A stretch of DNA of 64,000 bases from Mobula hypostoma (GCF_963921235.1 NC_086097.1:102364001-102428000), one strand, 5' to 3'. Numbered from the stretch's first letter, positions 50,828 through 63,659 are shown. A program made the numbers and translations. Notes: generated from the letters alone by a model not told the origin.

Positions 50828-51360
50828 AAGCATTCTTCTAGAGTGCATCACAACCTGGTATGCAAGTTGTCCTGTCCAAGACTGGAAGAAGCTGCAGAAG
50901 ATCGTGAACACGGCGCAGCACATCACACAAACCAATCTTCCGTCCTTGGACTCACTTTACGCCGCATGCTGTCAGAGCAGTGCTGCCAAGATAATCAAGG
51001 ACACGACCCACCCAGCCAACACACTTTTTGTCCCTCTTCCCTCGGGAGAAGGCTCAGGAGCTTGAAGACTTGTACAGCCAGATTTGGGAACAGCTTCTTT
51101 CCAACTGTGATAAGGCTACTGAACGGATTCTCACCCGGATCTAGCCCGTACCCTCCAAATATCCGGACCTGCCTCTCGGTTTTTTTGCACTACCTTAGTT
51201 TCCATTTTTCTACTTTCTATTTATGATTTATAATTTAAATTTTTAATATTTACTATTGATTTGTAATCCAGGGAGCAGAAAGTGCAGAATCAAATATCGC
51301 TGTGATGATTGTACGTTTTAGTATCAATTGTTTGGTGACAATAAAGTATAAAGTAAAGTA
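50828..51360 (+). mobile_element. Rex1/Babar-type LINE 3' fragment
   Basis: GRRLRSLKTCTARFGNSFFPTVIRLLN; tail aataaagtataaagtaaagta. Confidence 0.8.
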
Positions 51361-53179
51361 ATGCACCCTGTTCTTCAATATTTATCTGTTTATCCAAGCA
51401 TCTTCAGATGGCCAGCTTTAAGTGCTTACCTGAGAGTTATGCAAATCCTTGTTGCATGACAAAAGTCAGAAATTCTTGAGGAATGAAGCATTGGAATAAC
51501 GGGCTGCTTTATTGCAATGTCTAAACTTTAAATTATGAGTATTGAGAGAAGGAACTGAAGGAATGTGAAGCTATGTCGCAGTACAAGTCAGCACCTTCAG
51601 TACATGAGCAAAGGAGAGATTAGGCAAGAAAAAAAAAATCTGATTCCTGAAACAATAGAGACCATTTGGGCCATTGTGACCAAGTTACATCTTTGAAGGA
51701 GATTAGTTCAATTCCCAGATTAAAATGTGTGGCTTTTTTCTGGAATATCTCTTAGTTTGTACAATTAAGAACTGGAATATTTTAAGGCAGAGGTGTAGCT
51801 TGCCAGCATTTGATTGCAACTCAGAGCAATAGAACTGTGATGAAGCTTGTAAGAAGGCAATGGAACATTGGAGATGATACCAAGTAAACATTATTTTTCA
51901 AGCTCCTTAGAAAGTCACACAATATACGAATGAACAGAAGCAGACAATATGGCCCTTGGATTCGGCTCTGCTATTCAAAGTAAATTTATTACCAAAGTAC
52001 ATACACGTCACCATGTACAACCCTGAAATTTATTTTCTGGTGGGCATTCACAGTAAATACAAAAAAATACAACACAATCAATGAAAAACTGCATACAAAG
52101 GTGGACAAACAACCAATGTGCAAAAGACAACAAGTTGTCCAAATACATAAAGAAAAATCAAAATAATAAAAAATAAATACTGAGAACATGAGTTGTAGTC
52201 CTTGAAAATGAGTCCATAGGTTGTGGAATCAGCTCAGTGTTGGAGTGAGTGAAGTTATCCACACTAGTTCAGGAGTCTAATTGTTGAGGGGTAATAAGTG
52301 TTCCTGAACCTGGTGGTGTGGGTCCTGAGGCTCCTGTACCTTCTTCCTGTTGCAGCAGTGAGAAAAAAAAGCAAAGCATGTCCTGGATGGTGGGGGTCCT
52401 TGATGATGAATGCAGCTTTCCTGTGACAGTGCTCCATTTAGATATGCTCAATAATGGGAAGGGCTTTACCCATGATGGACTGGGCAGTCTTCACTACCTT
52501 TTGTTGGCTTTCCTCTGCAAGGGCATTGATGTTTCCATACCTGGCCATGATACAACCAATCAGTATACTCTCCACCGTACACCTTCAAAAGTTTAAAGAG
52601 GTTTGTCAAAGTTTTAAATGGCATGCCAAATCTTTGCAAACTTCTGAGAAAGTAGGAGCGCTGCTGTGTTTTCTTTGTAATGGTACTTATCTACTAGACC
52701 CAGAACACTTCCTCTGAAATGATAACACTGAGGAATTTAAAGTGGCTGACACTCTCCACCTTTGATTCCCTAATAAGTACTAGATTCAGGGACCTCTGAT
52801 TTCCTCCTCCTGTAATCAATAAACAGCTCTCTGGCTTTGCAAATGTTGATTGAGAGGTTGTTGTTGTGGTACCACTCAGCCAGATTTTCAATCTTCCTCC
52901 TTTACGCTGTTTTGTCACCACCTTTGATTCAGCCAACAACAGTGGTGCTGTCAGCAAAAGGTAATTATGGCATTAACCTCGCAGTCATAAGTAAAAAGTG
53001 AGTAGAACAGGGGGCTAAGCACACAGCCTTGTGGTGCTTCGTGCTGATGCTGACTGTGGAAGAGATGCTGCTGCCAATCTGAACTGACTGGGGTCTGCAA
53101 GTGAGGAAATTGAGGATCCAGTTGCACAAGGAGGTATTAATCATAGGTCTTGCAGCTTACTGATTAGCTTTGAGGGGAT

Positions 53180-53423
53180 CAACACAAACAACAGGAATCC
53201 TGCAGATGCTGGAAATTCAAGCAACACACATCAAAGTTGCTGGTGAACGCAGCAGGCCAGGCAGCATCTCTAGGAAGAGGTACATTCGACATTTCAGGTC
53301 GAGACCCTTCATCAGGTTCGTTGGTTGAGTCCTGATGAAGGGTCTCGGCCTGAAACATCGACTGTACCTCTTCCTAGAGATGCTGCCTGGCCTGCTGCAT
53401 TCACCAGCAACTTTAATGTGTGG
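53180..53423 (-). mobile_element. Penelope-type fold-back mini-element with two hammerhead motifs
   Basis: 14-bp TSD AGCTTTGAGGGGAT (53166-53179 and 53424-53437); ~92-bp inverted arms 53225-53316 and 53331-53422; 14-nt loop; ~45-bp tail 53180-53224. Confidence 0.85.
53328..53363 (+). ncRNA. Minimal type I hammerhead-ribozyme motif (best-preserved copy in the window)
   Basis: AGTC-CTGATGA-AGGGTCTCGGCCT-GAAA-C-ATC-GACT: stem I AGTC/GACT, core CUGAUGA (53332-53338) and GAAA (53352-53355), short stem II, no stem III loop. One mismatch relative to the inferred consensus GAAACGTC. Confidence 0.6.
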
Positions 53424-54617
53424 AGCTTTGAGGGGATGATAGTTTTGAATGCAGAGCTACAGTCAAGAACACCCTGATATATGCATCTTCACTGCCCGGA
53501 TGTTCCAGGATTGAGTGAAGAGCCTATGAAATGGCATCTACTGTTGACCCGTTGTGATGGTAAGCAAAAAGTGCAGATCGAAGTCACCCTTCAGACAGGA
53601 GTTGATATATTTCATCGTCACCCTCTAAAAGCATTTCTCAGTGCTTTACTGTAAGTGCTACTGGACAACTGTCACTGAGGCAGGGTACCACACTCTTCTT
53701 CAAGTTCAATTTATCGTCATTCAACTGTACACATGTAAACCTCCAAACATTCCTCTGGACTAAGATGTACAACACAAAGTAATGTTACCATAAATAATAA
53801 GATGCAGTTATGACACAAGTTAAAAAGTAAACAGTATGTGATGAGACCCGGGTGTTGGCAGGGAGTTCAGTAGTCTTACAGCCTGCGGAAAGCAGCTGTT
53901 TTTCATTCTAACATTTTCTGTCCTAATGCTACAATATCTCCTGACTGATGGTGGAGTGGGGAGAAGGGGGTTAACAGAATTGTTGGATGGATGAGAGGGA
54001 TTATTGACAATACTAAGGGTCCTGGTATCTTGGATGGGTACAAGAGAGTCCTTCTCAGCAATCCTCACAATCCCCTGATGCTTTGCAATTCCTACATCAC
54101 AAGGTGATGCAGCTCTTCAGGACAATCTTGATAGTGCTCCTGTAAAAATTGGTTGGTGGGGGGGAGGGGAGAGGGAGACTCGCTCACCTCAACCTCCTCA
54201 AGAAGCGGAGACACTGCGGTGTGTTTTGACCGACGAGGTGGTGTCGAGGGATCAGATAATATCATCCACTATGTGCACTCCTAGAAACTTGGTGCTCTTA
54301 GCTCTCTCCACAGAGAAGCCATTTATGTGCAGTGAGCACTCTCCTGAAGTCCATAATCATCACTTTAGTCTTATCCACATTGTGACTCAGGTTGTTGTGC
54401 TCACACCATTCCACCACCCGCTCTCCCTTCTCTCTGTACAGCGTCTCGTCACCATTGTCGATGAGGCCAACCACTGTGCATCAGCAGCAAACTCGATGAT
54501 TCAGTTTGAACCTGATCTCGCAGTACAGAAATGTGTCAACAGCAGTGGGCTAGAGATGTTTCTGCCAACACAGACTGGCTGTGGCTGCCGCTGTAGGAGC
54601 CATGCATCTGTTCTCTA

Positions 54618-54836
54618 ATTTGAGAAGATCTGCAGATGCTGGAAATCAAAAGCAACATACACACAAAGTGCTAGAGGAACTCAGCAGATCAGGCAGCATC
54701 TATGGAAAAGAGTAAACAGTTGACATTTTGGGCCAACACCCTTCATCAGGACTCAGCCTTGGCCCAAAACGTCAATTATTTATTCTTTTCCATAGATGCT
54801 GCCTGACCTATTGAGTTCCTCCAGCATTCTGTGTGT
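54618..54836 (-). mobile_element. Older Penelope-type fold-back mini-element
   Basis: Inverted arms ~54660-54737 and ~54758-54836; degenerate TSD TGCAT(C/G)TGTT(C/T)TCTA (54603-54617 and 54837-54851, 13/15 match). Confidence 0.7.
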
Positions 54837-56289
54837 TGCATGTGTTTTCTATCTGCATTGTATTCTGTGTTGCACGTTTATTATGGTAACTAGTGGAGGC
54901 ATAGTAAAAGCAAAGGGAATAAGTAATGTATTCGTACTTCGTTCGAGGCAGTTTGCAACTCAGAACCGATGGATGTCATATCTTTTGTTGACCACTCAAT
55001 TACGCTTAACTTACACTCTGGTACACTCAAGTTTCATTGCTTCAAGACTGTATATTTACTAATTGCTAATAAAGGATTGAACAAAGGATTCAACTTTTAG
55101 AACAACCATTATTGGAGCTGAGGGCATGTGATACGAGTATAACAAATCTGTGGGGTTGCTAGCAGTGGCAATTTGGTTTGGTTAGAATTGACCTTTCTGC
55201 CGATGTCCAATATCCAGTTACAGACAATTTACCCACCAGCTTCTGACTGATGACTGTATTAAACACCAAGATGAAAGTTAGTAAACAGCACGCTGGCATA
55301 TGAGGCACCATTTTCCAGGTGGGATAGGATAGAGTGGAGTGCAGGAATGAAGACATCACCAGTGGACTGATTTGTGTAATAAGCGAACCGGAAAGGGTAC
55401 ACTGAAGCAGGAAGATGGTACCAGTATGACTGAAGCAGGAGGGCATCTCACACCACTGAAGCGAGAGGTTAAAGATATCAGTAAAAGCTCCAGCAATTGA
55501 TTAGCACAGGTCTTCAGTACTCGGCCAGATACTTTCCATTTGTTCACCACCTTGAACGATGCTCTCATGTCAATCTCGGAGACTGAAATCACAAGATCCT
55601 CGGGAGCTGTGTGAGTTTGTGAAGGAGCCTCCATATTTTGCCAGTCAAAGCAAGCATAAAAGATCATGAAAGATTGGGGATAAAAAAAGGTCCAGGTGAT
55701 GATGCAGTCCTAAGATTGGCTCTGTCATAGACACATTACTTAGAACTGTCCAGATCATGGCTGATTCTATATCTCAGTTCTATTTTCCTGAACTATCCTC
55801 ATATGCCTTGATTCTCACAATATCCATAAATCTATCCATGAATAAACTCAATGTCTGAGCCTCCACAGATCTCCAGGATAGAGATTTCCAATGATTCACT
55901 ACTCCAAAGAAATGTCTCCCTATTTCACTCTTTTATGTCCTACCCCTTACTCTGAGATGATCATTTCTACTTTTTAGGATCCTCGGCCAGGGAACACATT
56001 CTTCCTACGTCCATCCATCAAGCCCAGTAAAGACATACTACAGTGAGAATCCCTATCTACACTCTGGAGAATAATGGCTTAACCATCATTCAGCAAATCC
56101 ACCATCCTGGGAAACAGTCTGGTGAAGCTTTGCTGTGCTGTCCCATCACAAGCACATTCTTTTATTTAAGTAAGAGACCAAAATTCTGCAGAATACTATA
56201 GATTGTAGGCTCACCAAGGTCCTGCGTAATTGTCTGCACCATGTAAGATCAGCTAAGCTCCTCTTCAGCTATCCCCCTTCAGTGTGGAT

Positions 56290-56960
56290 TCTGTATGGAG
56301 CAGCCTAGTAAATGCGGACCACTTCCCTCATCTGGGAAATCACTTTTCAACTAAACCAAACAATAATGAAATTTACAACTACCTTGAATGAACCAACACA
56401 GCTTTTGATGTCTTGAAGGAAGTGTCTGGAGGTTAAGACCTCAATTCCTGCTTGGAACTTGGTATCTACAAGGTCACAGTGAACCCTGGTCTACAGAGAC
56501 TTGATCTACCCCGATTTTGCTCTGTGCAAAATCTTCTACAGAATATGCAAACACTGTCAGCATTATCCTCAGGCTAATATCCGTAATTACACTGCACTGG
56601 GCAAGCCAGATCATTTGCATGCCTAACACCAAACTCCTAAAGCACTCAGTAAAAGGAAAAAAATTACCATGCAGAGAAAAAGATTCAAGGATGTGACTTC
56701 AAAACAAAATGCACCAACTCAACTCCAGGGAATTCTCTTACGGAACCCCTGGCCCATAAACACTCAAAAAAGCAATCAGGATGACTGAGAACCTGGAGAG
56801 CACAAAGAATCCCAACATAAACAGCAGAGGAATGGACCACTTCACAATCTACACACATGCCCATTGGCCACTACCTTCTCCACTTGTCTGTGGTCTCTTC
56901 AGCCACCTCATCACCCAAAGAATTGGAGAAGGAGCAAGTCATACTCAATCCAGGACTATC
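56290..56960 (+). mobile_element. Highly degraded RTE-clade LINE 3' fragment inside an old minus-strand CR1 (~55750-57850)
   Basis: HFPHLG...NEI...AF..LK and QANI...LHW...M(P)..KL(L)K...QRKRFKD-like remnants recognised by eye. Confidence 0.5.
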
Positions 56961-58134
56961 TTAAAGATTTTTGCACGAACATATTTATGCTTAAATCTTC
57001 CCACAAGTAAGACAAACATACCGTTTGCTTTGGTAATTGCTTACAGCACCTGCATGTTGGCTTTCTGTGATGTGTGTACAAGCACACCCAGATTTCCTTT
57101 GAACATCAACATTATCCAATCACTTCTATTTAAAAGATCCTGTTTTTTAGTCTGAGAAACCAAAGTGGATGGCTTCACATTTTTCCAAAATGTATTCCAT
57201 CAACCAAATCCTTACTCACTCACTCAATCTGTAGTCCCTTAAGATTTATTTATATCCTCCTCCCTATTTACAATCCCACTTAGTTTTAATTCTTCAGGAA
57301 ACTTGGAAATGTGACACTTAATCTCTTTAACCAAACTGCTGAAATATACTGTGAATAGCCAAAAACTAATCTCTGCTTTTCCTCACCAGTCACAGACTGT
57401 CGATCTTTCTGTCTCTTAACTCATTTTTAATCCATGTCAGTACATTTACCCCGAGTTCCACACGTTTGAACTTTGTTGACCAGACCTTACAGGAAGTCTT
57501 TGGAAGATCCAAATACAGCAAGCTCACCCACAGGTCCCTTTGTATATATTCCACTAGGCACATCACCAGTGTCGCACTCTAATAGGTTAACAAATCTATG
57601 TGATTGGTACAATAGACGACAAGTTCCTTTTCATAAATACACGTTAATTTTACAGACTCCCATTATTTTTTTCTAGGTTACCCTTTATTACATAGTCCTG
57701 CATTTTCTTGACTACTGCTCTCCCTCTCTCTTGTTTAAATAATGAGGCCACATTCACTGCCCTCTAATCTACAGGTACCTTTCCAAAATCTCCAGAATTT
57801 TAAAACAAAATGACTAGTTTTTAAAATTGCTTCTTCTAAACCTTTGCAGATTTCACTGGTTAAAAGAGAAACTGAAGACACAGTGTGGATGCTGAGGGGT
57901 TGACCTAGGTTTTAAAATTTAGCAACGCATGGATAAATAGGTTTAAACAGCAAAATTTAGCTTGCAATGGTATGCACAGAGATTTATCTGAAGTTGGTAG
58001 TGCTGAGGCTTGTGGGGAATATTAACCAGTGCAGATCAATCAATCCAGATGGCCTGTTCTTCCACTCTAAATTTAGCTATTGTAATCAAATGTGACATTG
58101 GAGTTGTACTTTGCTACCCATCATAGGTATATAT

Positions 58135-58443
58135 GTGCGCACGTGGCCAAGGCATTGGACTAGCGACCTGAAGGTCGTGAGTTCGAGCCCCATCCGAGGC
58201 AACGTGTTGTGTCCTTGAGCAAGGCACTTAACCACACATTGCTCTGCGACGACACTGGTACCAAGCTGTATGGGTCCTAATGCCCTTCCCTTGAACAACA
58301 TCGGTGGCGTGGAGAGGGGAGACTTGCAGCATGGGCAACTGCTAGTCTTCCACACAACCTTGCCCAGGCCTGAGGCCTGGAGAGTGAAGACTTCCCAGGC
58401 GCAGATCCATGGTCTCGCAAGACTAACGGATGCCTTTAATTTA
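58135..58443 (+). mobile_element. tRNA-derived SINE with RTE-like tail (copy 2; A box partly deleted)
   Basis: Closely similar to 49510-49822; B box GAGTTCGAGCCC; tail ccatggtctcgcaagactaacggatgcctttaatttaa. Confidence 0.85.
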
Positions 58444-59113
58444 AATCAAATGCAACCACATGATGAAATACCCAATGTAATGCAAGGTTTCTCATTCTGC
58501 ACAATTTGTCCATACAAATAAATGTATTTGTGGAATGCCATCGGTTCAGAGTTGAACAATGAAGGTAATTATTTTAAACTGTTGATACAACATTTGAATA
58601 CCCTAGGAGAGCATTGAAGCTTGAAAGGACCAGTTTGGACATGAATACTTTCTCTCATTCCATATTTAACTTACTTACGTCATTATACATATTATCAAAA
58701 CTTTGAAGAGTGTTAGAAACTGCGTCACTGTACCACTCAAAGGCAGGTATGCGAGTGGTACAGTGACGCAGCAGGAAATGCTATTGCCTCAAAGCTCCAG
58801 GGAATGGGAACCGGGTTCAATCTTGAGGGCTGTTTGCGGAACGATTACGTGTACTGCAAACCTCCCCTCCCCCCACACATGCCTGCTTTCGCCAACGTTT
58901 CCTCCGATATCCTAACAACGTGCTCGAAGGTTAACTGACTATAAACTACCCCTTAGTGTAAGTTGATGGGAATGGCTGAGACAATACATTACACTGGTAC
59001 AGGGAAACAAAGATGAAATGAGACTAATCAGATTACCCGAGATGAGCTGATGTCTTGGACAGCCTCATCAGTGGCGTAGAATGCATGAAATAGATCCGGC
59101 CACATTTTAAATC

Positions 59114-60271
59114 ACAAGACCATAGGAGCAGAATGAGGCCATTTGGTCCATCGAATCTGCTTCACCATTTCATCATGGCTGATCCAATTTTCCTCTCAGC
59201 CGCAATCTCCTGAGTTTGCCCCGTATCCCTTCATGCACTGAATCTACTGACCTCTGCCACAGGCAGCCATGGGGGCCAAGTTTTTATGTATATTTAAGGC
59301 AAAGAATTCCTCAGGTCCACCACTCTCTGGCTCAAGAAACTCCTCCTAATCTCCATTCTAAATGGACACCCCTCTATTCTGAGGCTGCCTCCCCTGGTCT
59401 TAAGACTCTGCCACCAGAGGAAACATCCTCTCCACTTCCACTCTATCAAGACCTCCGCCATCCGATAGGTTTCAATTAGGTCACCCCTCATTCTTCTGAA
59501 TTCTAGTGCACACAGGCCCAGAACCATCAAACGCTCTTCGTATGACAAGCTATTCAATCCTGGAATCATTTTTGTGAACCTCCTTTGAACCCTCTCCAGT
59601 TTCAGCACATCCTAAGATAAGGGGCCCAAAGTGCTCACAGAACTCCAAGTGAGGCCTCACCAGTGCTTTATAAAGTGTCAACATTACATCCTTGCTTTTA
59701 TATTCTAGTCCTCTTGAAAAGAATGACAGCATTGCATTTGCCTTCCTCACCACAGACTCAACCTGCAAATTAACCTTTAAGGAATCCTGCACTAGGACTT
59801 GCTAAATCCCTTTGCATCTGTTTTTTGAATTTTCTCTCCATTTAGAAATGGCCAACCCTTTCATTTCTTCTACCAAAGTGCATGACCATACACTTCCCAA
59901 CACTATGTTCCATCTGACATTTCTTTGCCTACTACTACTACATCGACTCAGGCCCATTCTTCTCATCTGTTTAAGTCTTTCTGTAGCCTCTCTACTTCCT
60001 CAAAACTACCAGCCCCGCCACCTATCTTCATATTGTCTGAAAACTTTGCAACAAAGCCATCAATTCCACCATCCAAGTCATTGACATACAACTAAAAAAA
60101 GAACTGGTCTCAACACAGACCCCTGTGGAACATCACTAGTCACCGGCAGCCAGTCAGAAAAGGCTCCTTTTCTTCCCACTCTTTGGCTCCTGCTTTAACC
60201 ATGCTAGAATCCTTCCTGCAATATCATGGGCTCGTAGATTGTTACGCAGCCTCATGTGTGGCACTTTGTCA
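59114..60271 (-). mobile_element. CR1 LINE 3' fragment
   Basis: ORFs 59550-59792 (RPHLEFC) and 59294-59608 (ERVQRRFTKMIPG...RMRGDLIETY). Confidence 0.88.
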
Positions 60272-61884
60272 GGTTTTCAAATTCCGGACCTTTATTGCAC
60301 TGAGAAACTCCATTGTGATCTGTCATATGCTATCTACATAAAGTTCAGTGATGATTTTTATTTTTACTCTGTAGTGAGAGCTGCTGGGCTTGGAGCTCAC
60401 CAATTTTTCACATGGTGGAGGTCGGGTTTTCTGCATCCTGAGCAGGGTGACCACATTTGATCACAGCGATGCTGATCTACGAGAGCCTTCCTTGATCCCA
60501 TCCTGAATGATAATAGGAAAGGGTTTACCTCTTATTCTCAACCTGGACACACTGCCCCTTTAGCCATTTGTCCTGACCCAGTCCCCAGTCACCTTCTACT
60601 TCTACCAACAACCCCTACTCCTTGGGTTGTATGCAGGCAGAATTGCCTCAGTACATAGAATATTTTGCCCACACTGTTCTGGGGTCATCCAGTTTTTTTT
60701 GGGGGGGGAGAGAGAGAAGGAGTGGGAACCAGTAAAACTGGGGGTTTCAGTGGTTGGGCACCAAAGGCAAATGGAGCCAATTTGAAAGGGAGTGTGGAGG
60801 TAGGGGAAACTGGAGTGGCAAGTCAGAGATTACAAAGGCTGCAGTGAGGTGGAGTTAAAGAAATGATGCCCAGATCGAAGAGGTGTTATCAGAGATATCC
60901 AGGGGCTGGAGTGAGGAAGGGTCAAATGCAGCAGGAATTTCTACTTGCAAAAATAAATAAGCAGTTGCTAAACATCAGTCTAGTGTCAGAATAACCCGTC
61001 AGAATTGACAATGTCCAGGGGCTATTGTAATCGTTAAAGTGGCCAAAGTACATGCTGGTTTCATTACTGTCTTGTGCTCTATTTTATCCATTTGGAAAGA
61101 TGGTCAGAAACAGCCCTAGTCCCTGTTATCTGGGGAAGACGAACAACTCAGCTTTACAGATTATGCTGAACAGTACAACTCCTGAGTCCACCAGATCCTA
61201 CCTGCCACTAAACCTGCCCTTCCTGCAAAGTGTCAGTGACCCAGACATGCAATTGGAACCACAGCACTTTAAATCTGTAGCCTGAACAATGATAACTCAT
61301 ATATGTCTCTGGTGATTGATGCCTGTTTTAAATCAGGTGCATTCCTATGCGACCAGGAGGATACTTGAGTATTAACTTGATTCTGGCAAATGACATGGCT
61401 TTCAGCATCTTTTCAAGTCTAGTGCACAGTTAGGCCAAAGTGATGTTCCACATCAAGTCCGATACAACACACAAAAATCAGCCACCAAAAGTAATACTTT
61501 CCTTCTATCAAACCTGCTAGTTAAATACTTGTTAATATCTACCCCAGTGAGGCAGCCATCAATGTCAATATATTGTTCACACCTACAGAGAAACAGGTGT
61601 AAATGTTGTATTCGCTCTCCTTACACGAAGTATGTAAAAAATGGCATTTGGTCAGCCAAATAATTTCATTAGCACTCCTTCCATTCTCCCCTCAGGCATT
61701 CAAATACTGCACTGACAATTGAAAGTGGCAGCCTTCTCTGTTCAACCCTAACCAGCCATATTTCACAAATACTTTCACATGTCCAAAGTAGTGGGAATGA
61801 GAAATATTTAAAGAAACACCAACGGCATCAAATTTGTTCCACTGGTGTGTTCCACTAGGATATTAGCCCACTGTATTTACAGTA

Positions 61885-63525
61885 CAGGTGTCCCCCGCTT
61901 TTCGAACGTTCCCTTTACGACACCTCGCTGTTAAGAAAGACCTACATTAGCTACCAGTTTTCACTAACAGAAGATGTTTTCACTGTTACGAAAAAAGGCA
62001 ACGCATGCCCCAAGTAGCCAAGCTCCTCCCACGGAACTGCATTCTAGCCAGCATTGCTTAAACACGTGCCTCTGAGCATCTGTGCTTTAAGTCGATTTAC
62101 CTTGAGCATCCGTTTGCAAGGTGAGTTCTAAGGTATCGGAAAAGCCTGAAAGAGCTCGTAAGGGTGTTACACTTAGCATAAAACTAGATATAATTAAGCA
62201 TTTTGATTGTGGTGAACGAAGTAAGGACAAAGTGAGTTTGGCTTGAGGAAGTTGACGAAGATGATGTTGAAGAGGTTCTGACATCCCATGACCAAGAACT
62301 GATAGATGAAGAGCTGATGCAATTGGAAGAGGAAAGGATAACAATTGAAACCGAATGCAGTAGCGAACGGACCGAAAGTGAAGTCATCCAGGAACTGAAC
62401 GTGAAGCAACTGCATGAGATTTTCGCTGCAATGATTGCAGAAAAGTACGACTTTAATTTTGAAAGGGTACATAGGTTTAGGGGATATTTGCAGGATGGTT
62501 TGAGTGCTTACAAAGAACTGTATGACAGAAAAATGCGCAAGGCTAAGCAGTCAAGCATACTGTCGTTTTTCAAGCCTTCCTCATCAGCCACAGCAGACGA
62601 CGAACCTCGACCATCGACATCAAGGCAGGCAGACATAGAAGACAATGATCTACCTGCCCTGATGGAAACAGACGACGATGAGATGACACCCCAGTGTCCC
62701 ACCACCCCAACCCCCAGGCCGCGGAGAATGCAGCGGTAGCCGGGAGGCACCTAGCACATCTTTAAGGAAAAAAGCCAAAATAAACAAGCTAATTAATTAC
62801 ATGCCGCCCGGCACGTAAATGTCAGCCCAGATCAGAGGCGATTGCCGATTGCGTTGGCTCTGATCTGGCCCGACATTTATGTGCTGGGTGGCACGTAATT
62901 AACTAGCTTGTTTATTTCGGCTTTTTTCCTTAAAGATGTGCTGGGTGCGTCCTGGCTACTGCTGCACTACTGCATTCTTCGTGGATCGGTATCGGTTGAC
63001 GGCCTGGAGGTTGGGGACCACTGCACCACCCCAACCTCCGACGACTCAGCCTAACACACCATCATCAGTGTGCTTGGCGCTGTCTTCCCAATTCCGGTAA
63101 GTGATACTACACTGTACATACATTATTTCTACTATATATAGGCTGGGTATTTTTATGTGTTATTTGGTATGATTTGGCAACTTCATAGCTTAAAGGTTAC
63201 TGGAGAGCACTTGCGCCGTGTTTCTGCCGAGAGCGCCTGCGTGAGATTTTCACTACGGTGGACAGTGCAGCAATGATTGTAGAAAAGTATTTCTACTTTA
63301 TATAGGCCGTGTATGTATCATATCATTCCTGCTTTTACTATATGTTACTGTTATTTTAGGTGTTATATGTTATTTGGCATGATTTGGTAGGTTTTTTTTG
63401 GGTCTGCGAACATTCACAAAATTTTCCCATATAAATAAATGGTAATTGCTTCTTCACTTTACGACATTCCGGCTTACGAACCATTTCATAGGAACGCTCT
63501 ACCTTCGGAAGGCGGGGGAAACCTG
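61885..63525 (+). mobile_element. Internally deleted Tigger/pogo DNA transposon
   Basis: TIRs CAGGTGTCCCCCGCTTTTCGAACGT and ACCTTCGGAAGGCGGGGGAAACCTG (21/25 match); TA TSD at 61883-61884 and 63526-63527; N-terminal CENP-B-like RKGVTLSIKLDIIKHFDCGE joined to an acidic C-terminus (ORF 62317-62739); DDE domain missing. Confidence 0.9.
62708..63023. mobile_element. Palindromic hAT-like MITE nested in the Tigger element
   Basis: Right end GGTTGGGGACCACTG (reverse complement CAGTGGTCCCCAACC); 8-bp TSD CACCACCC (62700-62707 and 63024-63031); long internal palindrome ~62729-62966. Confidence 0.6.
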
Positions 63526-63659
63526 TATATTGTTTTCACAAGTGGAGGATTAATCTGTGTTTGACTTGCTAAAAGAAACATTGAGAAGCTGTCCCTCCCT
63601 TCTGGAATTGCTTAATGCACGTGGTCACTTTAATGTGTCATTCTGCATTAGCTCTACCA

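Larger units (their letters stand above)
51974..55665 (-). mobile_element. Series of Rex1/Babar-type LINE fragments (~51974-53700, ~53701-54600, ~55150-55665)
   Basis: VSHFKFL, SIVNNPSHP...MKNSCFPQAVRLLN and RVLKTCANQL motifs; aataaatttactttgaa-type 3' ends. Confidence 0.7.

Noticed and set aside
62317..62739. 140-aa acidic ORF as a domesticated TIGD/CENP-B-like gene
   Set aside because: It lies within TIR/TSD-bounded Tigger debris, lacks the DDE domain, is out of frame with the HTH remnant and runs into a MITE.
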